Positions 20,377 to 30,258 of a stretch of 64,000 bases of DNA are shown piece after piece. Source of the DNA: an uncultured virus (IMG/VR IMGVR_UViG_3300041405_000133) (Duplodnaviria > Heunggongvirae > Uroviricota > Caudoviricetes); the IMG/VR virus record IMGVR_UViG_3300041405_000133, positions 62,001 to 126,000 of that record; one strand, given 5' to 3'. The position numbers were made by a program, and so were the translations under genes. The notes below the pieces were generated by a model that worked only from the letters and a program-made list of their open reading frames with translations, was not told the origin of the DNA and did not search any database. Position 1 is the stretch's first letter, and each line of letters begins with the position of its first letter.

Positions 20377-22095
20377 ATGGCTGAGAATATCATCCCGTTA
20401 CCGAACGGTTATACGGTGATCACTGACCAAGATCGCGAAAAGGCGTCGGTGTTCAAACTCGCTGACCTCTACTCCTACAGACTCGTGGACGATGGCAGCG
20501 ATGTTATTAAAGGCGAAGGCAAGTACGTACCGAACGTCGATGACCTGGTCATCATTTATGACCTCGGCATGTTTCGTGTTAGTCGGGTGGATTACACCAG
20601 TTACGTCGCTGACCTAGAACTCTGGGAACTTCCCAAGTCTGGTGGTGATGTTGGCGTGGTCGATGTTCTGCTCGGTGTTGGCACGGGCTACACCAGCGAA
20701 ACTTGGCGGGCAATGCTGGACACCCGCAAGCTGCCGTACACTCTGGACGTTGATGGTCGACTCCACATGTACAGCGATCTGGCGAAAGAATTCCGTGTCT
20801 TCAAAGGCATTGACATCACCCAGACTGGCGAAGTCATCAGTGCGTATTACAACGCATCGAACGAATACGTCAATGACGCTATCCCGCTGAAGACAGTTGG
20901 TACTGACGTTGTTACTAACCTCAATATCAAAGCTCCTACAGCGGGCTACAGCACCGTTGAGCTCGAAGATGGTGCATTGGTGACTGCTGTGTTCTACAGC
21001 TTCACTGGCGCGATCCTGAGCATCGCTAAGCTGTTGATCCACAACACCAACGTGGTCCGTCATCCGGATGATTCTGTCAAACGAATCAAATCGATCGAGA
21101 TCATCAGTCCGTATCTGTCGACGACTGAGCCGAACGTCCTGAACATCTCCATCTCTGCAACTGTGGCCACTCTGGCACTGCGCGGTAAGGTGACGTACAT
21201 CGACGGCTCGACTTCTATCCAAGACGTTGTGGATGAAGACTCGAACGGCAAGATGAAGTTGCTGGGCCTGAAGTACTGGTCCCCAACCATCACCGGCCGT
21301 TACGCCGACGTTACTCTGAGCTATGCTCCGAGTGAAGGTGAGGAATTCTCTTACAGTCAAGGCACCACATATGCCGGTACTGTGACTGTTCCTTATCAGA
21401 TCCGTGGCCTGCCAGCCGATCCATCCTACAGCCTCAAGCTGTTCGTGTTCCCATCGTGGATCTCGAACCTGCAAGGCTACACGTTGGAATACTGGCTGTA
21501 CGATCTGAACCGTCAAGTCGCTCGTCGTGTGCCGAAAGCTGCGGTGGAATTGCACGAAGAGTCCATGCCGTTCGACGGACTGGAATACACTTCGGTGCAG
21601 ACTCTGAAGTTCGGTGTGAACCTCAGCGTTGTCGATACCAGTTACGGCAGCAACCGTCATGTACAAACCGTGCAGATTGCGTTGCAGCGTGATGGTGGTC
21701 TTCGGGCTACCAACTGGAAAGTCAAGTTTGCGAGCAACCAACCGGGTTACTACGGTACTGGTGTCGAAGCAATCATCCGTGCTGGCAGCAGCGGCCTGAG
21801 TACTGTCAACTTGAAGTGCGGTGCTGTTGATAAGGATGCATGGCTGAAGTTGGTCTTCGAACCATTGCAAGCTCTGTACGATCCGCAAACTGAAGTGTCG
21901 GCTCCAGCTCCTACTCACTTCATCGTGACTACGAAGACTCGCGTCTACGAATTCCCGATCAGTCAGTGGGCGAACGACCTCACATTCATCAACGATCTGC
22001 TGGAAGGCGAGACTCTGTACGTTAAGTTCCTCAAACGTAACGTCTCTGGCGATCTGCAATTGGCTGTGGCTGGTTTCCCTACGCACTCGGTCTAA
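20377..22095 (+). CDS. Virion structural/baseplate protein (phiKZ gp26-like)
   Basis: 572 aa, beta-rich. Directly upstream of terminase. Confidence 0.7.
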   Translation: MAENIIPLPNGYTVITDQDREKASVFKLADLYSYRLVDDGSDVIKGEGKYVPNVDDLVIIYDLGMFRVSRVDYTSYVADLELWELPKSGGDVGVVDVLLGVGTGYTSETWRAMLDTRKLPYTLDVDGRLHMYSDLAKEFRVFKGIDITQTGEVISAYYNASNEYVNDAIPLKTVGTDVVTNLNIKAPTAGYSTVELEDGALVTAVFYSFTGAILSIAKLLIHNTNVVRHPDDSVKRIKSIEIISPYLSTTEPNVLNISISATVATLALRGKVTYIDGSTSIQDVVDEDSNGKMKLLGLKYWSPTITGRYADVTLSYAPSEGEEFSYSQGTTYAGTVTVPYQIRGLPADPSYSLKLFVFPSWISNLQGYTLEYWLYDLNRQVARRVPKAAVELHEESMPFDGLEYTSVQTLKFGVNLSVVDTSYGSNRHVQTVQIALQRDGGLRATNWKVKFASNQPGYYGTGVEAIIRAGSSGLSTVNLKCGAVDKDAWLKLVFEPLQALYDPQTEVSAPAPTHFIVTTKTRVYEFPISQWANDLTFINDLLEGETLYVKFLKRNVSGDLQLAVAGFPTHSV

Positions 22096-22102
22096 GGGAT
22101 AC

Positions 22103-22138
22103 GATCTAGGGAGGGCGACCTCCCTAGGTCACTATGCC
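22103..22138 (+). terminator. Hairpin-TATGCC element
   Basis: GATCTAGGGAGG-GCGA-CCTCCCTAGGTC-ACTATGCC. Confidence 0.7.
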
Positions 22139-22154
22139 GCATTGAGGACCAATC

Positions 22155-24341
22155 ATGACTCTTTTGTATTTAGACGACTGGGATAACAAATATCCCAACG
22201 CGATTGCCGATACCCTAACGCGCCGTAAGACGTGGGTTCAGTTGGCAGCAAAGTACCAGAAGATGGGGGTGAGTAACTATTACTTCCACTTGGCTTTGCA
22301 TAACCCTCTCTTGCAGGGGGTCGATCCATATTCGGATGACTTGACTCCTGCGCAACAGCAGATGATCTTGCTCGAGTGTTCCGAGAACTTCTGGTACGCT
22401 TTACGTGAGGTGATTCGTTTCCCGGATGCTGGTGGTGATCAGTATTTCCACTTGGATGCGAACCGTGGCAACATCGCCATGTTCTGGTGTATCTTCAACG
22501 CCTTTGTTACTTACGTACAGCAGATTCGTCAGACTGGTAAATCGCTGAACAGTCGGGCAATCATCATCCTGTTGCACATGTTTGCAGCTCAAGGTTCTGA
22601 CTCCATCCTCTTCACCAAGGGTGACTTGCGTAAAGGCGAGATCAAGAACTACAAGGCTTATCGGGACGCTCTTCCGAAATGGATGTGGTACAAGGCGGAC
22701 AAGGACACGGATAACCAGTACGAATTCACCACGATGATGAATAAAAACATCACGTACTCGTACGTTCCACAAGGTTCTCCTGAGGAAGCGAACAACGTGG
22801 GTCGCGGTAAGACCCCTCGCTTCATCTACGGCGATGAGATTCCATTCTTGCCGTACGCTGCAATCTCTCTTCCTGCATTGATCGCATCCACCACGGACTC
22901 CTTCGATAAGGCGAGAGCTCAAGGTCTGTTCCACGGTGTTCTCTACACGACTACGGCCGGTGACTTGTCCACCGATTCTGGTAAGTACGTTTACGAGAAG
23001 ATCAAGAAGAAGGCCATGTTCTTCAGTGAGGCTCTGTACGACGCTCGTAATCGTGCAGAAGCTATCGACATGATCATGGCGAACAGTAAGTGTGAATCCC
23101 GCGATGCACCGTTCGTGGATATCTCGTTTAACCACTTGCAGCTCGGTAAGACGAACGAATGGCTCCGCGGTAAGATCGCGATGGTTTCTGCATCTCGTGA
23201 CCAGATCGAACGAGACTTCCTTGGACGTTGGACTTTCGGTTCTGAGAGTAACCCGATTCCTGAGAAGATCCTCAACAAGATCCGTGACCACGCAACGCAA
23301 GCACCACATGTTCAGGTTGAAGAGAAGTACAAGTATCACATCAAGTTCCAACTTCCTCCTGAGGAAGTAAGGGCTCGTAAAGCTGTGATGGGTCTCGATA
23401 CCTCTAACGCGGTTAACCGAGATGCCATTACTGGCGTGATGATCGATGTGGAGACCGGTGAGACGTTGATGACGTTCATGGTGAGTGAGATCAGTCTGTC
23501 TTACTTCGCTTATTGGTTGGCTCAATTCATGGCCGACTTCCCGAACTTCACCCTGATTCCTGAGAACAAGTCCTCGTGGCTTGGTATGTTCGACATCCTT
23601 AACAGCCGTCTCCCGATGTTGGGTGTGGATGTGGGTCGTCGTATCTACTCGGATATCGTGGACAACGCTTACGGCTCTGATGCTGAGAAGCGCACCTACC
23701 GCGACTACACGTCTGGTGGTAGTTCTGAGCGTAAGTACTTCCCGTTCCGTAACGACTTTGGTTTCATGACTACGGCCGGTAGTCGGGGCGATCTGTACAT
23801 CGACATCTTGAAGTTGGCTACTGTTCAACAGGCTGAACTGATCCGTGAGCCTGCGCTTATCGATGAGCTGTCCAGTCTGGTGGAACGTCGCGGGCGAGTT
23901 GACCACAAAGCCTCCGGGCACGATGACCATGTAATCTCATGGCTCATGGCTAACTGGTTCCTTCGTTTCGCCCGTAACTTGGATCACTACGGAATCGATC
24001 CGCGTAAAGTCTTGTCCCGTGTACGTTCTGTTACTGCCGGTAATGATCCTAAGGTCGTCGCCAAGAATCGTAAACGTGAGAAGCATGCGATTGATGTAGA
24101 GATCCTTGAAGCACGCATCGAAGGCGCGGCTACTCTGATCGAACGTCGTTACTTGGAAGCCAAACTCAAGTCTCTGATGTCTGAGGCTATGGGTGAGGAA
24201 GAGTCTGATGTAGTTTCGGTTGACCGGGTTGCTGTTAGTGAGAAGAACATTCAAACAACTGCTGCTCGTGGGATGAACCGAGATGGTCTGTTCGCAGCCG
24301 CTCGCAACATGCCTTTCCGTCCAGGCTTCAATCGTCGTTAA
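22155..24341 (+). CDS. terL: Terminase large subunit (phiKZ gp25-like)
   Basis: Walker A RQTGKS, Walker B YGDE, coupling motif TTT, nuclease GLDTS and HDDHVISWL. Confidence 0.93.
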   Translation: MTLLYLDDWDNKYPNAIADTLTRRKTWVQLAAKYQKMGVSNYYFHLALHNPLLQGVDPYSDDLTPAQQQMILLECSENFWYALREVIRFPDAGGDQYFHLDANRGNIAMFWCIFNAFVTYVQQIRQTGKSLNSRAIIILLHMFAAQGSDSILFTKGDLRKGEIKNYKAYRDALPKWMWYKADKDTDNQYEFTTMMNKNITYSYVPQGSPEEANNVGRGKTPRFIYGDEIPFLPYAAISLPALIASTTDSFDKARAQGLFHGVLYTTTAGDLSTDSGKYVYEKIKKKAMFFSEALYDARNRAEAIDMIMANSKCESRDAPFVDISFNHLQLGKTNEWLRGKIAMVSASRDQIERDFLGRWTFGSESNPIPEKILNKIRDHATQAPHVQVEEKYKYHIKFQLPPEEVRARKAVMGLDTSNAVNRDAITGVMIDVETGETLMTFMVSEISLSYFAYWLAQFMADFPNFTLIPENKSSWLGMFDILNSRLPMLGVDVGRRIYSDIVDNAYGSDAEKRTYRDYTSGGSSERKYFPFRNDFGFMTTAGSRGDLYIDILKLATVQQAELIREPALIDELSSLVERRGRVDHKASGHDDHVISWLMANWFLRFARNLDHYGIDPRKVLSRVRSVTAGNDPKVVAKNRKREKHAIDVEILEARIEGAATLIERRYLEAKLKSLMSEAMGEEESDVVSVDRVAVSEKNIQTTAARGMNRDGLFAAARNMPFRPGFNRR

Positions 24342-24343
24342 CA

Positions 24344-24375
24344 GCATAAAGCCCGGCTCACGCCGGGCCTTATGT
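24344..24375. terminator. Bidirectional terminator
   Basis: GCATAAAGCCCGGC-TCAC-GCCGGGCCTTATGT between convergent genes. Confidence 0.75.
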
Positions 24376-24379
24376 TCGC

Positions 24380-25648
24380 TTACTTCTCGTTGTGGTGCTT
24401 TGTGAAGGCACGCAGAAGAATGTAAAGAAGTACGGCGTTACGTACTGATGAGATCAAAACCTTGTTCTTGGACTTGATCGCAATAGTCGTAATCTCTTCA
24501 GTCAGCTCCCGCATCTCCAGAATCATCGGGTTGTTCGTACGAGACGCTTGATACAACGAGCGCATCTTACGCAGCAGTCCTGGGATGTCAGAACTGGAGA
24601 CCATGGTCGATGGATTCTTGTTCAAGTAGTCGAACGCATGTTGCAGCGTAATCTCACAGATCCGCTGTACGCGCTTGTCAGCTCGAGGAGAGGCATTGTT
24701 GGACATGTACGACAGTGTGTTCACCAACGCGCTCTTAGGCATCGTAGGGACTGTCTTAACGATAACCTCGACCAACTCCGGGATGATGAAGTTGTTCTTA
24801 TCGCTAATGATCTCCAACAGGTAACGGATGTAGCTCGAATACAACCGAGTCTTGTCACGGATCTTGAGCTCACCATCGAGTTCGATCTGCGCATCCGAGT
24901 TACGGATCTGAAGAGTTGGATCATGCAGCACGGTTTCGAAGACATCCCGGATGTTCTTCAAGATATCCTTGATACGGCCTTGAGTATCGTTGGCGATCTT
25001 GTCGATGTCCTTATCGAACTTGACCAGGTGGTTGTACCACAGCGTCCCCGGACTCACGATATCCGCAGCACGTTGCTTAAGCAACTCACCCCAACTACCC
25101 GCTACCTTAAGACCAAACCGTTTTGATAGCTGAGCGTAGGTCGCTTGGGCGACGATGGGATCGGCGTCCCAGGTAAACCAATTAGCGAGAATAGATGTGA
25201 TATACTTGTACTGGAGAACGAGAGCGCAAGCCATAGCGCCAGAGTGCCGATCGCCTTCATTGAGTTTATCTGCCGTCAGAAATTTATGGATCATCCAGAG
25301 GCATGCCAAATTCATAACGTCGCTGGATACGTGCCGGTGAGTTACCACTTCTGGAAGAGCGTGTAGATCATCCTCGAGGGAATCCTCATCCACGTCCATC
25401 ACTTCATCGAACCACTTGTTCCGGTCTTCATCTTTGAATCGAACCGGATCAACGCCCATCAGGTTCCCACCGAAGAATCTGATGTGTACGTCATTCTTGT
25501 TTACGAACCGCTGTTCGTAATCCATCACCTTCCGGAGAAGCTTCTGATCAAAGACAAGGTGGGAGCAATGTTGCTCAAACACTTCTTTGATATTGCGACC
25601 CGGCGCTGTGGATGGTCTGAGAGAATCTTGAATCATCGAAGTCCCCAC
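24380..25648 (-). CDS. Conserved protein (phiKZ gp32-like putative virion protein)
   Basis: 422 aa with FFGGNLMGV and C-terminal RNAVLLYILLRA. Recalled as a chimallivirus core family. Confidence 0.65.
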   Translation of the reverse strand: MGTSMIQDSLRPSTAPGRNIKEVFEQHCSHLVFDQKLLRKVMDYEQRFVNKNDVHIRFFGGNLMGVDPVRFKDEDRNKWFDEVMDVDEDSLEDDLHALPEVVTHRHVSSDVMNLACLWMIHKFLTADKLNEGDRHSGAMACALVLQYKYITSILANWFTWDADPIVAQATYAQLSKRFGLKVAGSWGELLKQRAADIVSPGTLWYNHLVKFDKDIDKIANDTQGRIKDILKNIRDVFETVLHDPTLQIRNSDAQIELDGELKIRDKTRLYSSYIRYLLEIISDKNNFIIPELVEVIVKTVPTMPKSALVNTLSYMSNNASPRADKRVQRICEITLQHAFDYLNKNPSTMVSSSDIPGLLRKMRSLYQASRTNNPMILEMRELTEEITTIAIKSKNKVLISSVRNAVLLYILLRAFTKHHNEK

Positions 25649-25684
25649 CCTGTTAGGGTTCTTTAGTCACAGGATACCTAACGC

Positions 25685-25720
25685 AAATTATTATAGTCCT
25701 ACATTGTGAACTAGATATAA
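25685..25720 (+). promoter_or_regulatory. Putative early promoter
   Basis: AAA-N-TACATTGT at 25700-25707. Leader is shared with the 10772 copy. Confidence 0.65.
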
Positions 25721-25751
25721 CAACACTAACCGACCGTAGGAGGTCAACGCA

Positions 25752-25931
25752 ATGAGTAATCAAGCAACTAATAAGCCGATCTTTCTGCGTTCCGGTGATG
25801 ATCTTGACTGCGATTGCGGTCGACGGGGAAGCGTAAAGATTCCGTATCAAACAGCTCCAGGCAAAACCTCGTACCACGTTTTCTGTGATGATCATTACGA
25901 TGATTGGAAGGAAGACAACAAAGGGTCTTAA
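25752..25931 (+). CDS. Small Zn-finger-like protein (59 aa; absent from the ORF track)
   Basis: AGGAGG RBS. MSNQATNKPIFLRSGDDLDCDCGRRG...FCDDHYDDW. TAATG coupling to the next gene. Confidence 0.7.
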   Translation: MSNQATNKPIFLRSGDDLDCDCGRRGSVKIPYQTAPGKTSYHVFCDDHYDDWKEDNKGS

Positions 25932-26122
25932 TGATGTCTCAGCAAGAACCTACAAAGCTTCAACCGGTTTGCTCTCAATGTGGGAAGCAAGTCGATACGT
26001 TGTTCACCACAACGTTAAACACAGGTGGATACAGTTCGATTGTTGCGAACGTGTGTCCTGCTTGTATTTCTTCTAAGGGTGACGTTAGCAAGCATCTTGC
26101 CGACTACTCACCAGAAGCATAA
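25931..26122 (+). CDS. Small Zn-ribbon protein
   Basis: CSQC...CPAC. Translationally coupled start. Confidence 0.65.
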   Translation: MMSQQEPTKLQPVCSQCGKQVDTLFTTTLNTGGYSSIVANVCPACISSKGDVSKHLADYSPEA

Positions 26123-26190
26123 GGACTTGCCGGGGCGTTCCCGGCGCTTATGCCGCTAAGCACGATTTCTAACTTCTTAAGGATTCCAAG

Positions 26191-26982
26191 ATGATCACCA
26201 CTGACACTACTCCAGTATCCGCTCTGCAAGCTGCTTTCGCTCACGTTCAACAGGAACATCTGGTAACTGCCGCTGACTTCCCAGTCGTTTGGTGTAATGC
26301 GCCAGAGTCCGAAGTTCTGAAAGCATACACCGTAGACAACGGCAAGATGTTCCTCACCGAGGCTGAGTTCCAGGAGATCATGGCCAACTCCGCTAACAAC
26401 AAGAACGTGGTCAATATCTTCAGTACTCCGGTCAGGCAAGACCTCACCGTCGATCTATACCGCAACAAAGGCGTTAACAAGGTCGACCTGTCTAACAGCA
26501 AGTACATGGTCCGAGGTGACCTCGACTCTATTCCAGTTGATGAAGTGGTTGACAAAGACGCCAAGCTGCGTTACGTCCTGTCTGCCGCCGATATCTGGCC
26601 TGAATCCGAAATCCCTGTCGAAGTTGCTCCAACTCCAATCGAAACCGAAATGGGGCTCAGCACCCCACGTACGTACATGCAGTCGATCGCTGAAATCAAA
26701 CCTCTGGATGAACCTATCATCTGGAACCAAACCGACGGCATCATCGAATACCTGCACATCTTCAAGAACATCCCGACCAAAGAGCTCGACAAGGAATGTG
26801 CCTCGCCGTGCTTCCGTAGCATGATGGTTGCATTGAAACGCAATCTCTGGTTCAACGAAGGTATCAACGTAGAACTGGCACGCCGTCTCCGCAAGGAAGG
26901 CTTCATCGTGAACTACGTGACGTACCGTAATGAACTGACCGTCATCGTACACCCTGATGGACCTTTCGTCTGGAAGGTTTAA
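26191..26982 (+). CDS. Hypothetical protein
   Basis: 263 aa with AAGGA RBS. Bounded by hairpins on both sides. Confidence 0.75.
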   Translation: MITTDTTPVSALQAAFAHVQQEHLVTAADFPVVWCNAPESEVLKAYTVDNGKMFLTEAEFQEIMANSANNKNVVNIFSTPVRQDLTVDLYRNKGVNKVDLSNSKYMVRGDLDSIPVDEVVDKDAKLRYVLSAADIWPESEIPVEVAPTPIETEMGLSTPRTYMQSIAEIKPLDEPIIWNQTDGIIEYLHIFKNIPTKELDKECASPCFRSMMVALKRNLWFNEGINVELARRLRKEGFIVNYVTYRNELTVIVHPDGPFVWKV

Positions 26983-27065
26983 ACTGAGTCCCCTTTAGTC
27001 CGGCGTCTTTACTGTTCCCTTGGGATGCCGGGCTCTTTTTTCTTTGTCCAACGTTGGAGTTTCTC

Positions 27066-27617
27066 ATGCCCTTAAGATCTGAACGCGATAAACTGCTACT
27101 CCTCTACATCTCTTCTGATGTTCCGATCATCACTCTCGAGAACTACGAGAAGTGGTACAACATCTACGTCGTTTTCCCAGGTGACGTAATAGAGACAGTT
27201 CCAGGTGATCTCGTGATGGAAGCTTCTGGAAATGATGGTTTGTGGATTGATCACGACTACCATCCTGAGCTTCTGCATCGCCTGGCCAAGATCTACTGCG
27301 GTCAAGTCGATCATCTGGCTCTAGAAGTGGCCGCTGGTCGCTGGGTTCTTTCTGGTCATGGTAGTATCGGCGATACAGGCTACATCGTCGATCAGGAAGT
27401 TGAAGACACGATGTTCGAAGCCGCCGATGATACTTCGTTCGAGATGGAACGTAACGTTCGTTGCCATTGCTGCGTCAAAGTAGCACGGGAGCAGTTCAAG
27501 GTTTCCCGTCGGATCGATCCGGTAGGTGAGCACAAGCTGTTTCGCTTCTGCGGTGAACACCTCAAGGAGTTCAACGAACACCGCTTCAACTGGATCTCTA
27601 AACATTACAACGGCTGA
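27066..27617 (+). CDS. Hypothetical protein with C-terminal Cys/His metal-binding motif
   Basis: GGAG RBS. CHCC...FCGEH. Confidence 0.7.
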   Translation: MPLRSERDKLLLLYISSDVPIITLENYEKWYNIYVVFPGDVIETVPGDLVMEASGNDGLWIDHDYHPELLHRLAKIYCGQVDHLALEVAAGRWVLSGHGSIGDTGYIVDQEVEDTMFEAADDTSFEMERNVRCHCCVKVAREQFKVSRRIDPVGEHKLFRFCGEHLKEFNEHRFNWISKHYNG

Positions 27618-27627
27618 GGAAGTCACG

Positions 27628-28359
27628 ATGTTCACTATTACAGCGCTGCACGTTATCGAAGAATTGGGCCCTAAGTTCAGTGAGTTCCTGAAGAAGAACC
27701 AACTGATTGAGTTTGTCACCGACCCTACTGGCTATCTGGATGAGAAGACCGTTATCGGTACTATCTTCACTTTGGCTTATGGTAACGGTGTTCACTCGGC
27801 GCAGTTCGAGGAATGTAGTAAGCGCCTTGTTTCATTGTTGGGTGGTCATGTGCCTGAAGAACTGGTCGATGAGATCCTTTCGCAGGCACTGGGTTATCGG
27901 GATAGAGCTCAACTTCGTTCTAAGGCTGTAAAGCTGAAGTTCAAGTCGAGAACGTATTACTACCCGAGCGTTTGGCGTCACGGGATGACTGGCCGGAAAC
28001 AAATCTTCGAGCCGGACTCCATTGCTCCAATCGACGTAAAGGTTAAGGTCATCGATTACTGGTCTCTGTTCCTAGAGCGAGGCTACGACATTCAACCAGC
28101 GACTTACTACACTCCGGTCGACTACATGGTGAAGGTGGCATTCCACTATAACCAATGCCGTAAGACCTTGAAAGAGTGTGCGCGGGATATGCAGATCCTG
28201 TCGTCTGGTCAATTGACCCTCGGTGACTCTTACAGACTCCTAGCTAAGGCGATGGGGTATGAGTCTTGGTATCACGCTAAGGTGTCGTCTGCTCCTGACG
28301 AACACATCGAAAACCTGAGAAACCCACGTCCCTCTATCGGCGATTACGCCCAACTTTAA
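27628..28359 (+). CDS. Hypothetical protein with C-terminal small helical domain (glyoxalase-superfamily-associated type)
   Basis: GAGGA RBS. LKECAR...LTLGDSYRLLAKAMGYESW pattern. Confidence 0.6.
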   Translation: MFTITALHVIEELGPKFSEFLKKNQLIEFVTDPTGYLDEKTVIGTIFTLAYGNGVHSAQFEECSKRLVSLLGGHVPEELVDEILSQALGYRDRAQLRSKAVKLKFKSRTYYYPSVWRHGMTGRKQIFEPDSIAPIDVKVKVIDYWSLFLERGYDIQPATYYTPVDYMVKVAFHYNQCRKTLKECARDMQILSSGQLTLGDSYRLLAKAMGYESWYHAKVSSAPDEHIENLRNPRPSIGDYAQL

Positions 28360-28371
28360 GGAATACCTATC

Positions 28372-28737
28372 ATGGGTGAATTGATTATTTGGTGGATTAC
28401 TGGCGAGCAAGTAAAAGAGATCTTTGCTCGTTACGCTAAACATGAGAAAGGTGAGTTTGACCGAGTAACTTTACCCGATGGTCTTCCGAATTACCTGAAG
28501 GAGGAGCTCGGTTCTCGTAATGGCCGTCCTGGACGTTGCCGTCTGTGGATCAATCATAAGTTTGAATTCCAGGGCTGTAACTGGGATCAGGCTAAAGCTG
28601 ACGAGTTGTTCGAGGGTATTGATCAGGCAGACATTGGCGGTATCGTCATGTGGCGTCACGATATCCAGCGTCTGTTGGATTTCGATTTCCCTAATCTCTT
28701 CACAGACAAAGATCTGAATAAGATCGAAGAAATCTAA
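28372..28737 (+). CDS. Hypothetical protein
   Basis: 121 aa with AAGGA RBS. Confidence 0.7.
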   Translation: MGELIIWWITGEQVKEIFARYAKHEKGEFDRVTLPDGLPNYLKEELGSRNGRPGRCRLWINHKFEFQGCNWDQAKADELFEGIDQADIGGIVMWRHDIQRLLDFDFPNLFTDKDLNKIEEI

Positions 28738-28779
28738 ACTATACGGCGTTTATGCCGTAACCGATAAGAGTTAAGTCCC

Positions 28780-30258
28780 ATGACTATCCGCGAAGAAGTT
28801 ATCGCTTTGAAACCAACAACAACCGAACGTGAAGTTCCTACCCGTATCTTCGGCGAAGCTGAAGTGCGTCAGACGTACATCGACAAGGCTAAGTACGAGA
28901 GTGTTGGTCGAGGTTCTTTCAATCCGTTATTGTCGCTGATTGGACCTAATGCTGACTTCGATGGTAATGCCTTGAATATAAAACCGGGGCAACTAGAGCA
29001 AGTGCTCTTTACACGAGGTTACGCTACAGATATAAATTCCGACATCTCTCTCACTCCAGATGCGTTCGCTGATTATCAGCGGTTTATGGCTGAGTCACAA
29101 ACAGCGATGGTTCTCGAGACAGGTGACGCGACTAAAGCCCTGATCATGGAGAACAAACCGCTGGACGAGAGCGAATACTTCAACCGTAAAATGTTGGCTA
29201 AGGCTGAAGCGGTTGAGCAACGTATCTTGAAGTTGATGGAAGAAGGGATGACTCGTGTTGAGGCTACTCAAGTAGTTGCTTATAACGCAGATCAGCTCAA
29301 CAAAATGCGCCAGAAAGAATGGCGCGCGCACGTCAACGGTTATGAACTCTTTGGTCCTGATGATCCTAATCGCCGGCCTATTAAGGACCCGACATCTTAC
29401 GATGACGATCTGATCGCTCGTCAATACCGTGATCCACTCTTTAAGGTCCGAGCTATTGAGGATCACATCGAGAGCATCATGATGTTCAAAGATCCTGGTT
29501 GGGAAGCTCGGATTATCCGTCTGCGTAAAGAACAAGCGATGTTGATGGCGCCTATTGAAGAACCGGTAGTCGTTGAACCGGAAGAGCCACCACCTCCACC
29601 GCCTATTCTGGACTTCACCACCGGTGATCTGGAAATGCCTGAGCGATTCATCATCAAGGATCTCAAAGGCTTCGAGTTCAATCCAGATACCAAGTTCGAT
29701 GGTCTGCGCCTGCCTTACGATTCCTGCCTGTTTGTATTGGGTGATGAACTGAAGGCTGTTGTTCTGGCTACTCAGGAAGACGAGGACGTAATCACTCTGA
29801 AGCTTCTATCTGAGACCAAGAAGGATATCCCTTGGCACGCCACTGCAACGCTGTACGCGCGTCTTCAAGGCGATAAGGTTAAGGTTCGTTGGGGTAACAC
29901 TAAACGCAGTCTGGATAAGCGTTTGGGTATGGTGTCTTCTGTTCTTGCCTTCATCGCTGGTGAGCAGCTTAGTGAAGTTGAGATCGAAACTGTTATCACC
30001 GCCCCTGAGCAAGACGTTCCTCCACCTAAGCCGGGCAACTGCTACAACGTGGTTAGTCTGGTGCAAGGTCGTCGTGGTAAACGTACTGATTGGAAAGGTG
30101 GTACTCACGCCTCTCCTCGTGAACACAAACGTAAAGGCCACTGGTGGCCTGGCAAACACGGTCCTATCTGGATCAAGGCTACTATCGTGAACAAAGGTGT
30201 TCTCGGTAAAGTCGATAAAGAATATCACGTCACTAAACTTGAAGGAACAAACGCATGA
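28780..30258 (+). CDS. Mosaic hypothetical protein with RNAP-like NADFDGN segment and basic C-terminal SPREHxRxGHW domain
   Basis: 492 aa. A poly-Pro linker separates the modules. Confidence 0.75.
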   Translation: MTIREEVIALKPTTTEREVPTRIFGEAEVRQTYIDKAKYESVGRGSFNPLLSLIGPNADFDGNALNIKPGQLEQVLFTRGYATDINSDISLTPDAFADYQRFMAESQTAMVLETGDATKALIMENKPLDESEYFNRKMLAKAEAVEQRILKLMEEGMTRVEATQVVAYNADQLNKMRQKEWRAHVNGYELFGPDDPNRRPIKDPTSYDDDLIARQYRDPLFKVRAIEDHIESIMMFKDPGWEARIIRLRKEQAMLMAPIEEPVVVEPEEPPPPPPILDFTTGDLEMPERFIIKDLKGFEFNPDTKFDGLRLPYDSCLFVLGDELKAVVLATQEDEDVITLKLLSETKKDIPWHATATLYARLQGDKVKVRWGNTKRSLDKRLGMVSSVLAFIAGEQLSEVEIETVITAPEQDVPPPKPGNCYNVVSLVQGRRGKRTDWKGGTHASPREHKRKGHWWPGKHGPIWIKATIVNKGVLGKVDKEYHVTKLEGTNA

